From: Nanobdellati archaeon | GTDB taxonomy: Archaea > EX4484-52 > GLR71 | NCBI GenBank assembly: GCA_019429005.1 | Contig: JAHYJR010000002.1 | Span: 40,752 to 104,751 of the forward strand | DNA length: 64,000 nt | Reading direction: 5' to 3' | In this document: positions 42,340-52,113 of the stretch, one piece after another | Numbering within the stretch: the stretch's first letter is position 1 | How the letters are laid out: each line of letters begins with the position of its first letter | Notes under the pieces: generated by a model | Seen by the model: only the letters and a program-made list of their open reading frames with translations | Told to the model about the DNA's origin: nothing | The model's database searches: none | Made by a program: the position numbers and the translations under genes

Positions 42340-43350
42340 TCACGAATACCTATAAGCAATTGAACATGTACCCTCATCTGAAACCATGCATGCCCCTTTA
42401 GGTGCTGATGATGTACAGACATTTCCAAAAAGCTTACAATCTTTAGGTTCAATAAGACCTTTCAAGATTTCAGAACATCTGCAAGCACTATTATCTTTTT
42501 CACTTTTAACATTTTTTAATATCTCTTGATACTTAATCTTTGCATTGCATTCATCATCTTTAGGTTCAAGCCCTGAATTTGGTATAACACCAATACCTCG
42601 CCATTCAGCGTCTGAAACCTTCATAGTTTTATTTATCAAATCATTTGCTTTAATATTACCATCACAAGTCACAACACTATCATAACAATTAACAACTGAC
42701 TTTTGCCCAGACTTTATCATTTTCAAGATCTCATATACAGATTCAAATATCTGTTTAGGTGAAAATCCGCTGATAGCTTGAGGTACATTTAATTCGTCCC
42801 AAACATTATAACCAATAATTGTTGACACATGCCCAGGATCAATAAAACCATCAATCTTAATTTCATCTTTAAGAAGTGCTTTCATTGGTGGTATCATCAA
42901 TTTATGCGTTGAGTACACACAAATATTTTTCTCTAAAAGATATGCAGTCATAGGTACTGTAGTCTCAAAACCTATACCAAAAAAGACAATATCTTTATGT
43001 TCTTTAGCTAAATCCAAAACATCAGTTGTGGATAAGACCTCAAATATTTTAGTACCATTTACTTTCACATCCTCAAGACTCATATTAGAACCTGGAACAC
43101 GAAACATATCACCATAAGTTGCAATCGGTACACCGCTTAAAGCAAGCGCAACAACCGAATCAATATCTTTCTGACTTGTGACACACACGGGACATCCAGG
43201 ACCCGATATTAATTTTATGTTTTTTGGAAGTAACGACCTAATACCATAACGCATTATAACATTTGTATGCCCACCACAAACTTCCATTATAGAAACATCG
43301 GGCATACCTTTTGCAATATTATGTATATCTCTAAGTAAAGACCCCACCAT
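42340..43350 (-). CDS. hypD: Hydrogenase formation protein HypD
   Basis: MEVCGGH, GPGCPVC, GIGFETT, PGHVS, C-terminal Fe-S cysteines with GACMVSDEGTC. Confidence 0.96.
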   Translation of the reverse strand: MVGSLLRDIHNIAKGMPDVSIMEVCGGHTNVIMRYGIRSLLPKNIKLISGPGCPVCVTSQKDIDSVVALALSGVPIATYGDMFRVPGSNMSLEDVKVNGTKIFEVLSTTDVLDLAKEHKDIVFFGIGFETTVPMTAYLLEKNICVYSTHKLMIPPMKALLKDEIKIDGFIDPGHVSTIIGYNVWDELNVPQAISGFSPKQIFESVYEILKMIKSGQKSVVNCYDSVVTCDGNIKANDLINKTMKVSDAEWRGIGVIPNSGLEPKDDECNAKIKYQEILKNVKSEKDNSACRCSEILKGLIEPKDCKLFGNVCTSSAPKGACMVSDEGTCSIAYRYS

Positions 43351-43351
43351 A

Positions 43352-43558
43352 TCAAAACCCATCTCTAAATAAATCATTATTTCTATCAAAATCCTCTTTT
43401 AAAACTTTCTGTATAGCAAACCCTGCATGAACTAAAACATAATCATCAATAGAAACATCAACAAAAGAAATATTAGCATTTTTAGTTATGCCACCATAAT
43501 CAATTATCGCATCCTTACCTTCAATCTTTATTATTTTACCAATAGCCGCAAGACACAA
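43352..43558 (-). CDS. hypC: Hydrogenase chaperone HypC (TTG start)
   Basis: MCLA, DYVLVHAGFAI; AGGTGA SD. Confidence 0.95.
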   Translation of the reverse strand: MCLAAIGKIIKIEGKDAIIDYGGITKNANISFVDVSIDDYVLVHAGFAIQKVLKEDFDRNNDLFRDGF

Positions 43559-43603
43559 AATTAAGTCACCTGATTATACATCTGATCGTCCGATTATAAA
43601 TTA

Positions 43604-43930
43604 TTAAAACCACATTAAAATAAAACCTATAATAATCAAACCAAATAAAACCCATAACAAATACATTGAAAGCTTACCGCTATGTGCTTGCTTGATTATA
43701 TCTAATTTGAAATAATTTATTATTGTCTTATAAAAAGAATGCTCATTGACCCTATATTGGTCAGGATCAGCCTTATTACCACAAACATACATCTCTCTTG
43801 ACGCTTTATCACGAAGAGAAGGTTCTCTTTCAATAATCCAATATATAAAAATTGAAAAAATTATAAATAACAGACTTGCTGTATAAAAACCATTTCCAAA
43901 AAAAGATGAAGAAACTATATTTAGACTCAT
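43604..43930 (-). CDS. MbhI-like membrane-bound hydrogenase subunit
   Basis: N-terminal TM, YVCGN, lateral helix, HSGKLSMYLLW C-terminal TM; follows the MbhH-like gene. Confidence 0.7.
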   Translation of the reverse strand: MSLNIVSSSFFGNGFYTASLLFIIFSIFIYWIIEREPSLRDKASREMYVCGNKADPDQYRVNEHSFYKTIINYFKLDIIKQAHSGKLSMYLLWVLFGLIIIGFILMWF

Positions 43931-45390
43931 GACAAGACCCCCATTAAATATAAATCGCGACTTAAACTTAAATCAATTATGTTTTGTGATAATTGTAGAC
44001 CCAAATCAGGGAAAAAACCTAAAACCAACATAATAACTAACAAAACGGCTAACATAACCTTATGTGACAGCGGTATAAAAAGTGGTGTTTTCTCATAATC
44101 ACGCTTATCATTCAAAAATATAAGATGAAATGCCTTAAAACTATATGCTAAAGTGATTACTGACACGATAAAAGATACAAAAGCTGCAAATGGATATAGG
44201 CTCAAACTCACAATATACAACATCCATTTACTTGCAAAACCATTTAAAAAGGGTATACCTGTAAGAGATAGAAGAGCGACACCAAATGTTACAGTAAATA
44301 ATTTATTCTGTCTGGATATATAACCCATCTTTGACATATCACTTGTCTTAAAATGTTGCGATATAATATAAGCTGATATGAAAAGTACAGCATCAATAAT
44401 AACAGTATTTATAAGATGATATATAGCAGAAACAAAACCAATATTTTCCATCATACCAAGACCAAAACCAAAAAGTATGTATCCACTCTGGCTTATTGCA
44501 GAATAGGCAATCATTTTTTTAAGATCTTTCTGTTGAAGAGCCATAACAGCTCCAACAAACATGGTTAAAAGTGCAATATAAATCAACATTTTTGAAAAAT
44601 AAAATGCACCAAAAACAGTATATACAAATCTAAAAATAGCATACAATGAAACTGCTGTTGACGTTGCGGAAATTGCAAGACCAAATGACGCCGGATTTGA
44701 TTTGACAACATCAGGTTTCCAGGCATGGAATGGAACAATTGCACCTTTCATAAAAAGACCTGTAAGTATTAATGCAAGTGGTATATTATTTCCAAATCCA
44801 GGTACAATTTTCATCATAAGGTCTGCCATATTTAACGTGCCATACATCCCATAAAGCATAGCAATACCAATTAAAAATATTGATGATGCAAAACTCCCAA
44901 TAATGATATATTTAATTGAACTTTCAAAAGCAGGTTTATCACGATTAAATGATGATAATATATATGCAGACATACTTGAGATTTCTAAAAACACGAAAAA
45001 ATTAAAAATATCGCCTGTAATTGTCATACCCACAAGACCAACATTATAAAACATAAAAAGCGTATAAAACTGATATCTCCTTTTTTTGATTTCGTGTTTA
45101 GATATGAATGCAACTATTAGACCTATTAAAAAAATTAAAGACAATATCAAAAAACCAATACCATCAACAGCAACAGTTATACCAAATGGTGCCTGCCACC
45201 CACTTAATTGATAGATTATAATACCTTCATTAAGTAATTTTGGAAGTGACAATAATGTAAATATAAGTGATGATAATAACGCAATAATAGTAACATTAAA
45301 ATTTAATTTTTTGTATTTATGCCCAAGTGTAACTATTATAAACGCACTACATAAAAGCATAGGAACAATATATGAAATATAATTATACAC
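43927..45390 (-). CDS. MbhH/MrpD-like proton-translocating subunit
   Basis: GWQAPFGI, TGDIFNFFVFLE, GTLNMAD, KGAIVPFHAW, DLKKMIAYS, PFLNGFASKW. Confidence 0.93.
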   Translation of the reverse strand: MYNYISYIVPMLLCSAFIIVTLGHKYKKLNFNVTIIALLSSLIFTLLSLPKLLNEGIIIYQLSGWQAPFGITVAVDGIGFLILSLIFLIGLIVAFISKHEIKKRRYQFYTLFMFYNVGLVGMTITGDIFNFFVFLEISSMSAYILSSFNRDKPAFESSIKYIIIGSFASSIFLIGIAMLYGMYGTLNMADLMMKIVPGFGNNIPLALILTGLFMKGAIVPFHAWKPDVVKSNPASFGLAISATSTAVSLYAIFRFVYTVFGAFYFSKMLIYIALLTMFVGAVMALQQKDLKKMIAYSAISQSGYILFGFGLGMMENIGFVSAIYHLINTVIIDAVLFISAYIISQHFKTSDMSKMGYISRQNKLFTVTFGVALLSLTGIPFLNGFASKWMLYIVSLSLYPFAAFVSFIVSVITLAYSFKAFHLIFLNDKRDYEKTPLFIPLSHKVMLAVLLVIMLVLGFFPDLGLQLSQNIIDLSLSRDLYLMGVLS

Positions 45391-45393
45391 GTT

Positions 45394-45753
45394 TTAACCC
45401 TCTAATTTATTTATTTTATTTGTATCTATTGTCTTAAATTTATCATATACAAGTGTGGCTGTTATCAAAGCAAGTGCTGTAACACTTAAATCTATCACGA
45501 TTGATGTCAGTACAAGAGCTTGCGGCAAAGGATCAACAGAACTAATAACAAAATAATTTGAATTCAATGCTGTAATAATTGGTGCGATACCATTCTCTTT
45601 AAATCCAATTATTATTAGAAATAGATGTATTCCCATCGTAAATATGTTCAAACCAATAATTTTTTTTATTAGATTCTCTTTAGAAACCACAGCATAAATT
45701 CCAAGTGCCATAAATATGACAGCAGCATAATAAGATATTACAATCATTTCCAA
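45394..45753 (-). CDS. MbhG/MrpC-like subunit
   Basis: NLIKKIIGL, DPLPQALVLTSIVI. Confidence 0.92.
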   Translation of the reverse strand: MEMIVISYYAAVIFMALGIYAVVSKENLIKKIIGLNIFTMGIHLFLIIIGFKENGIAPIITALNSNYFVISSVDPLPQALVLTSIVIDLSVTALALITATLVYDKFKTIDTNKINKLEG

Positions 45754-46169
45754 TCATCCTCACGAGGTGGATACATTGTCATTATAAATGAATATACAAT
45801 TATAAGTATACCAAGAAGTACCATAAAACCACCAATTATATTTAAAAAGAATGTGAAACCGCCACTCCAAATCTCAAAAAAGTCCTGTGTTTTCAATATA
45901 TTATTTCTAATGATATATCCCTCAATAACAATCAAAAGAAGAAAAATCGCAAAACTACCCTTAAGATACATAACATTTTTTTTAGAAATCCTTGCATCAA
46001 TACTTGTCTCATCAGCACCTATAGCAAGAAGAAGAAATGCAGTTCCAAGAATAACACCTGCAGGAAACCCACCACCTGGTGTAATATGACCATTGACAGA
46101 AATATAAATACCAAATAATAAGATAACGGGAAATAATACTCTTGTTGCAGTCCTTATAATCGCATCCAT
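45744..46169 (-). CDS. MbhF/MrpB-like subunit
   Basis: LFGIYISVNGHITPGGGF. Confidence 0.92.
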   Translation of the reverse strand: MDAIIRTATRVLFPVILLFGIYISVNGHITPGGGFPAGVILGTAFLLLAIGADETSIDARISKKNVMYLKGSFAIFLLLIVIEGYIIRNNILKTQDFFEIWSGGFTFFLNIIGGFMVLLGILIIVYSFIMTMYPPREDDWK

Positions 46170-46184
46170 ATATTACACATCTTA

Positions 46185-46532
46185 TTATATTTTTGTTATT
46201 TTTGTCAAAAGTTTAGATTTAGTTTTTTCTCCTTTTTTCTTATCTCTTCTATCAATACTTTTCCTAAGTGCTAAAGATAAAAAATATACACCTGTTGCTG
46301 CTATAAAAAGCACAGATTCTTCACCCAAAGTATCATAACCCCTAAAATCCCAAACAATAGAATTTACAATATTTGCAGACCCTGTCTCTTCAAGACCATT
46401 ATTAAGATAATATTGTGAAGCTGCTCTTGAATCAAAATCTGTTTGATATATCTTGCCCGATACTGTAATAACCATAATCACAAAGATAAATAAAAATATT
46501 AAAGTTGTGATTTGTATCTGATTAATTTTCAT
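46185..46532 (-). CDS. MbhE-like subunit
   Basis: ETGSANIVNSIVWDFRGYDTLGE. Confidence 0.92.
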   Translation of the reverse strand: MKINQIQITTLIFLFIFVIMVITVSGKIYQTDFDSRAASQYYLNNGLEETGSANIVNSIVWDFRGYDTLGEESVLFIAATGVYFLSLALRKSIDRRDKKKGEKTKSKLLTKITKI

Positions 46533-46762
46533 TTTTCAAACCTCTCAGTTTTTTTAATTGCAACTACAAAAATCATTGTAACCACACCACCTATAACGGC
46601 AGCTTGAGTTATTGCTATATCGGGCGCTTTTAACATAAAAAATACAATTGCAATAATAAGATTTGTACTACCAAGCAAAATCACAGATTGCAACAGATCT
46701 TTCATCTCAATGGCTACAAGAGCCATGACAATCGCTGCAATCAGTAATGCTTCATAAAACAT
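46529..46762 (-). CDS. MbhD-like subunit (DUF4040)
   Basis: KDLLQSVI, LKAPDIAITQA. Confidence 0.9.
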   Translation of the reverse strand: MFYEALLIAAIVMALVAIEMKDLLQSVILLGSTNLIIAIVFFMLKAPDIAITQAAVIGGVVTMIFVVAIKKTERFEK

Positions 46763-46771
46763 AATAATCAC

Positions 46772-47107
46772 TCACTTTACTTTTCGGTCCTTCATATTTA
46801 TATGTACTAATTCGTCTTTTACAACCAATGGCTTTATACCATTATCATAAGCAGACATAACAATTGCATGACTTGTAATGGGTGACGTTATCACGATAAA
46901 ACTTGCAATTATTAATATCTTTATTGAAAATTGAAGATTAAAAGGATTAAATGCAATAGCTATAAGCGAAAGAACAACACCACCAATAGTTATCATTGTT
47001 GCAGCATGAATTCTTGTATAGATATCAGGAAATCTAAAAAGCCCGAGTGCTCCAATTATCATAGATATTGTGGACAATATAAATAAGATATTAATTATAG
47101 TAATCAT
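46772..47107 (-). CDS. MbhC/MrpG-like subunit
   Basis: GALGLFRFPDIYTRIHAAT, SPITSHAI. Confidence 0.92.
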   Translation of the reverse strand: MITIINILFILSTISMIIGALGLFRFPDIYTRIHAATMITIGGVVLSLIAIAFNPFNLQFSIKILIIASFIVITSPITSHAIVMSAYDNGIKPLVVKDELVHINMKDRKVK

Positions 47108-47338
47108 TTAATTCACCCACCTAGCTATTGAAAGAACCCCTGTAAATGATAACAATGCGATAACCATAGCCACATCAAGATAAAATGAACTTTGTATTGC
47201 GATAGCATACACAACCATCATAAGAATTATGATATTACCAAAAATATCAATTGACATTATTCTGTCTGCAAATGTAGGTCCAAGTACAGCCCTTATAAGA
47301 CATAAAAGCCCAGTTATAAAAAATAGGTATTCAATCAT
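47108..47338 (-). CDS. MbhB/MrpF-like subunit
   Basis: GPTFADRIMSID, YLDVAMVIALLSF. Confidence 0.92.
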   Translation of the reverse strand: MIEYLFFITGLLCLIRAVLGPTFADRIMSIDIFGNIIILMMVVYAIAIQSSFYLDVAMVIALLSFTGVLSIARWVN

Positions 47339-47841
47339 CTCAAAAACCTCTTTCCATATTTTTCAAATAATAAACCAACTTTAACATTATCATTTTTATC
47401 AAAATTAAGACAATGTACAAACAGATTGTCATCACATTTGACAGTAATAGTCCCTGGAGTTAATGTAATTGAATTTGAGAACATGCTTTTTCCAAATTCA
47501 GATTTAAAAGACGTCTTGACTTTAACAATTGCAGGATGAATTTTACCTGTAATAATCATTTTTGCAACATTAAGATGTGATATAATTTCCGTATAAATTA
47601 TAATGCAAATATAGGCAATCATATGTACCCAATTTATCGGATTAAACATCATATAAATTGAACGATAAGTGATAAAATGCATAGATATAACCGCAACAAG
47701 CATTGATGCCAAGAAACCTATAACTAGATTTCCTTGAATAGATACTGATGTAAGCAATTCATCAGAGGGTATTGTTAGTATAATCCATATCTCAAAAAGC
47801 AATAATGTCATAGGGATATATACCTTAAGCAATCTTTTCAT
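47335..47841 (-). CDS. MbhA/MrpE-like subunit
   Basis: IHPAIV, NSITLTPGT, LFVH. Confidence 0.92.
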   Translation of the reverse strand: MKRLLKVYIPMTLLLFEIWIILTIPSDELLTSVSIQGNLVIGFLASMLVAVISMHFITYRSIYMMFNPINWVHMIAYICIIIYTEIISHLNVAKMIITGKIHPAIVKVKTSFKSEFGKSMFSNSITLTPGTITVKCDDNLFVHCLNFDKNDNVKVGLLFEKYGKRFLR

Positions 47842-47916
47842 ATAAGATTAATTGTGTTTTCAGTGTAAATAAAGGTTTGTGTGATTTGTATTGTATAGAC
47901 TAATTAAAAAGCTATA

Positions 47917-47952
47917 ATATAAAGATATATAAAGATATATAAAGATATATAA
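47917..47952. repeat. Tandem array (AAAGATATAT) x3
   Basis: 10-bp unit upstream of the mbh operon. Confidence 0.85.
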
Positions 47953-48056
47953 CGATTTAAACAAAAGTTATCACTTAAATATAACAAAGTAATTCTATAA
48001 TACCACCTTTACCAAACATTAAAACATTATATCGGTTATATTGACCTCTTTTATAA

Positions 48057-48866
48057 ACAATATTTCCAAATATTAAAATAAATTCTCTGCAAAAGGAATC
48101 AGATTATAATCTCAAAACAATCTTTAATGAATTTCTAGTTTCGGATTACAAAACAGTTAAAATTGATATCAACAAAGAATTTGGTGAAGGTGAAATCAAA
48201 TTAAATCATAATTGGTTCTCTGAAGCTAGTATCGAAATAGACTTCAAACCAACAAAAAAACATTATGAACATATATTGAACAATTTAGTTAATTGCATGT
48301 TTAGTCTTGAATTCAATAAAATTAAATCAGAAAACTATCTGTTAATCACAGCATTATTGCCTGGAGAGTCTTATGAAACAAAAAAAGATATTGATAATTT
48401 AAATAAAATCTTGTCAGACATAATCCCTTTTAATACTGAAGGTCTATTTTTTTATACTGAACCAGATAATTACAAAATCCCCATAGAACTAATAGACAAA
48501 CATGATGAGATTAAATTTACATTAAATAAATATAAAACATTTATTATTAAAGAATATAAAACAGAAGAACTTAAAAATACATTTGAAAAATTACCTTTAG
48601 GATATATAAAAAATCCCGAAATAAACAACTTAAATATTTCTAAAAAACGAATTTATGAAAAATATAATCATATATCTTCAAATCCAGATATATTCACTCC
48701 TATTGGAAACCGCCTTGTCAAATTGATTAGGTTTAAACCTATCAAGACCTTCTTTATATTGTGGATATTCGGGTCCAGAGGGTATACCATAACCAATTAT
48801 TTTATAATCACCAACATTAATAATTTTATGATGCACATCTACAAGATTATTAAGACAAACTATTAA
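48057..48866 (+). pseudogene. Start-less open frame, probable decayed gene
   Basis: Frame is open from 48057, but the first usable start is TTG 48276; the 3' part is antisense to a metallophosphoesterase relic. Confidence 0.45.
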
Positions 48867-49226
48867 TTTTTTATGATAATAATCATCTTTTAAAAATTTC
48901 CATGCATCTTTATCAGTATCCTTAGTCCAATCCCAACCCCCTGGAACTATATATACAGGCACATCAAATGAATTAAGATATTCTAAAATCTTACGCCCAT
49001 CTGAAATTTATTTATTAATCAATTTTTGTGATTCTCTTTTTCCCAACAAATTATACCATTCAATCTTTCTATTTTTAGGATTTTTTAAATAAAAATTAAG
49101 AGCTTGAAACATATAAGATCTTAATTCATCAGAACAAAAATCACCGAGTGCAATAATTGCATCATAATCATCATAATAAATATTTGGCATATTACCATGA
49201 AGATCTCCAACAATTAAAAATTTAAT
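48678..49226 (-). pseudogene. Calcineurin-like metallophosphoesterase relic
   Basis: IKFLIVGDLHG, IIALGDF, VYIVPGGWD in one frame with an in-frame TAA at 49008-49010; C-terminal motifs missing. Confidence 0.8.
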
Positions 49227-49317
49227 ACAATATATTGATTATAACAGATATAAAAAGAAAATAAAAGTTTATAAAATTAAAAACATTAATCCACACAACT
49301 AAAACAATAATCAACCC

Positions 49318-49935
49318 TTAAAAATACTCATCCAAACTATGATCAAACAATCCACATTTAACCTCATAAGGATCATCTTCATGCATCTCAGCATCAAGTG
49401 TGCCTACCTTAATCATATTCTGATATAAATCCTGTTCAAATGTATTAAGCATACGCTGAAAAAATTCATCAGTTATATAACGATTAATAAACACATCAAT
49501 ACCTAATGTTAAAGCAGCATTATTAAACCGTTGACAACAATCCGATTGATGAAAACCCCCTATAACTAATTTTTCAATATCACCAAGATTTTCCAAAACG
49601 TTTTTCTCATCAGGATATTTCCATTCCTTAATAAAATCAATATACTTAACATCAACATTAACCTTATAATCATCTTTTAAATCAAATACATCCGAAATAG
49701 TATAATTCTTAGGATCTGAAAACACAGCCCATATTATTTTATAATCATCATCACGATAAGGTTCAATTAATTTATTTATCAACCTAAACCTATCTCTAAA
49801 TACATCTTTGGTTATATCAAATACTTTTGACCAATAATCCCCCCATGTTGACAAATTAAACGAATTTACAGAAGTATCTCTTTCATCTCTATCAACAAAT
49901 TCTTTAAGAGGATACAACATCAATACAGCTTTCAT
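49318..49935 (-). CDS. Divergent cysteine-hydrolase-like hypothetical protein
   Basis: MKAVLML start; EKLVIGGFHQSDCC resembles the isochorismatase LVVxGxxTxxC segment. Confidence 0.55.
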   Translation of the reverse strand: MKAVLMLYPLKEFVDRDERDTSVNSFNLSTWGDYWSKVFDITKDVFRDRFRLINKLIEPYRDDDYKIIWAVFSDPKNYTISDVFDLKDDYKVNVDVKYIDFIKEWKYPDEKNVLENLGDIEKLVIGGFHQSDCCQRFNNAALTLGIDVFINRYITDEFFQRMLNTFEQDLYQNMIKVGTLDAEMHEDDPYEVKCGLFDHSLDEYF

Positions 49936-49996
49936 ATAAATATAATATAACAGTATAGATTTATAAAAACAATCATTTTTACAATGTAACCCTCCT

Positions 49997-50011
49997 AAAG
50001 GGTAACCCTTT
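49997..50011. promoter_or_regulatory. Palindrome AAAGGGT-A-ACCCTTT, candidate operator
   Basis: 7-1-7 inverted repeat in a divergent spacer upstream of TrmB; GTAACCCT is repeated 16 bp earlier. Confidence 0.45.
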
Positions 50012-50111
50012 GATATATTATACATAAAAATAGTTTATATTATATCAAAAAACACATTATTTTATATACAAATAAATCAAAATTAAATAAAGTATTAATC
50101 CAGGTAATTAA

Positions 50112-50951
50112 ATGGAAGGTTATACCAACATTATTGATGAACTCAGACAGTTTGGTTTCACACAATATGAATCCAAAGCATATATCACCTTAATAAGTAA
50201 AGGTGTTCTTTCAGGACCAGATATATCAAAATTTAGCAAAATACCTAAAAGCAAAATATATGACGTTGTTAATAATCTTTTAACAAAAAGAATGATTGAA
50301 GAATTTCCAGGAACACCACGAAAATTTAAAGCACGAGCAATTGATAATGTTTTCAACGAAATACTTACAAACAAAAAAGAAAAAATTGACAATTTAGAAA
50401 AAACCGCTGAAACATTAAAGACACGAATAAAAGGAATGTTAAAATTTGCAGAAAAAACATATATTGAAAAAAATTCAGTAATCTGGACTGTAGATGGACG
50501 AAAAGCATTTCACGAAAAATTTGCTGAAATGGGTGACAAAAGCACAAAAGAAGTTTTTGTCATAACACCTTATTTCTCAAGAAATCCACTAATAGAAAGA
50601 AGCATAGAACATGCAAAAACAAGAGGAGTAACATTTCAGGGAATCACATCTATGAACGATGAAAATAAAGATCGTATACGATTTTATACAAACTTATTTG
50701 ATAATATATCGGTATTTAATGGTACTATACCTATGACAATCATAATTATAGACGATAAAGAATGTATATATAGGATGGAATATAAATCAAACGGACAGAA
50801 TAATTATATAGGCGTACATTCAACAAATCCAGGCCTTATAAATGCATTTAAACAATACTGGGATGGATTAATAAAAGACTCAAATTTGATTGAAGATACA
50901 GATTTAAAAATAGATCAAACATTTCTTTCTGAAAATAAAATAGGATTCTAA
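50112..50951 (+). CDS. TrmB-family transcriptional regulator
   Basis: GFTQYESKAYITL, SKIPKSKIYDV, GTPRKF; PLD-like effector domain (IIIDDKE). Confidence 0.92.
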   Translation: MEGYTNIIDELRQFGFTQYESKAYITLISKGVLSGPDISKFSKIPKSKIYDVVNNLLTKRMIEEFPGTPRKFKARAIDNVFNEILTNKKEKIDNLEKTAETLKTRIKGMLKFAEKTYIEKNSVIWTVDGRKAFHEKFAEMGDKSTKEVFVITPYFSRNPLIERSIEHAKTRGVTFQGITSMNDENKDRIRFYTNLFDNISVFNGTIPMTIIIIDDKECIYRMEYKSNGQNNYIGVHSTNPGLINAFKQYWDGLIKDSNLIEDTDLKIDQTFLSENKIGF

Positions 50952-51246
50952 TTCATAAAGTAAAATCATAAGATTATCAAAATCCTTATCCAATTTTATT
51001 ATATTTATCACATATTTACAATAAAATAATGCTTTTTCAATCTCTTCAAAAAAAAGATCATCCTTTTTAGATATAAACGTCAATATGAGAATAATAGATA
51101 AAATATTCTGAAATTTAACAAGATCCATAAAACCACCAAATATAGATAACTATATTTGTTAATCGTGATTGGATGTTATAAACAACTAGTTACCACCATA
51201 AGTGGTTATTTAAATAATATATAAGAATATACACCTAAATTATCTT

Positions 51247-51525
51247 ATGAGCTTTATAGATAATCTAAAAAATCAGTTTAAACCAAATATTATCTCAATA
51301 TATATATTTATTATAGTTTTATCTATCACAATAATATTCTTTGGTCCATTTATTTCAGAAATAGGTATATTATTACTAATAATATATTCCTATATTTACT
51401 CGTCACACCTTAATAAAAAAATAAGAGATAAAAAAATAAAAAGGGTAAAAGAAACCCTAAATGATTTTATCTATTGGTATATAACACCTATTTTGCTGGT
51501 TCTTCTACTTTACTCTCTTCTGTAA
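51247..51525 (+). CDS. Possible small membrane protein
   Basis: Three hydrophobic segments; 38-bp convergent overlap with S27ae. Confidence 0.4.
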   Translation: MSFIDNLKNQFKPNIISIYIFIIVLSITIIFFGPFISEIGILLLIIYSYIYSSHLNKKIRDKKIKRVKETLNDFIYWYITPILLVLLLYSLL

Positions 51526-51775
51526 TAGGTTTAGTCTCTGTTTTAGGAGCAACATTCTCAAAAATAGTATATCCGCACCCACCGCAGAACTCTCTACCTC
51601 TAGCTTTAGCTAAGAGTTTTCCACATTTAGGACACGATTTGTTATTAATAACAAGCTTACCATCAGCAATTTTGTATAATTCCCATCTTTTTACATTATA
51701 ATGTTTACGAGATTTTTTGTCAGAACCTGATTTTTTGTCAGAACCTGATTTTTTGTCTGTTTTTTTTCCAGCCAT
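51488..51775 (-). CDS. rps27ae: 30S ribosomal protein S27ae
   Basis: WELYKI..NKSCPKCG..LA..R.FCGGCGYT; follows S24e. Confidence 0.92.
   Translation of the reverse strand: MAGKKTDKKSGSDKKSGSDKKSRKHYNVKRWELYKIADGKLVINNKSCPKCGKLLAKARGREFCGGCGYTIFENVAPKTETKPITEESKVEEPAK
51711..51757. repeat. In-frame 18-bp repeat x2.6 in S27ae (DKKSGS)
   Basis: GATTTTTTGTCAGAACCT units. Confidence 0.9.
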
Positions 51776-51794
51776 ATTATCATCTATAATTTAT

Positions 51795-52091
51795 TTATTC
51801 AGCTTTTGTCTCTTCAGGTTTAGCTTCTTCAGTTGCTTCAACCCCCTCAACAACAGGTGCATCACGAACTGTTTTATCATAAACACTTGCAGTTCCAGTT
51901 GATTCCATCTTACCATAAACCTGATGTATTGTATCAATTACAATTTGCTCAGCTTTAACTTTCAATTTTGATACAAGCTCTTTAAGAACAACATCTTCTC
52001 TAGGTGTAGCACCACTCTGAACAATTTTAAACTCTATCTCGGTTCTCTCAAGAAGAGGATTTTTTACAGTTTTAATTATATCTAGTTCCAT
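51795..52091 (-). CDS. rps24e: 30S ribosomal protein S24e
   Basis: NPLLERTEIEF, GATP, GTASVY. Confidence 0.93.
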   Translation of the reverse strand: MELDIIKTVKNPLLERTEIEFKIVQSGATPREDVVLKELVSKLKVKAEQIVIDTIHQVYGKMESTGTASVYDKTVRDAPVVEGVEATEEAKPEETKAE

Positions 52092-52113
52092 ACAACCACA
52101 TTTTAAATTAATA

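Noticed and set aside
42336-42452. N-terminal extension of HypE in the ORF track
   Set aside because: It overlaps the HypD C-terminus; HypE similarity starts at ATG 42335.
9626-49226. Stop-codon reassignment to explain in-frame stops
   Set aside because: TAA, TAG and TGA all interrupt relics and all terminate intact genes; aRF1 keeps NIKS, YxCxxxF and GGQ; core genes have no internal stops.
50904-51128. 74-aa minus-strand ORF with GGTGG upstream
   Set aside because: No recognisable motif and it overlaps the TrmB 3' end; may be a relic but cannot be supported.
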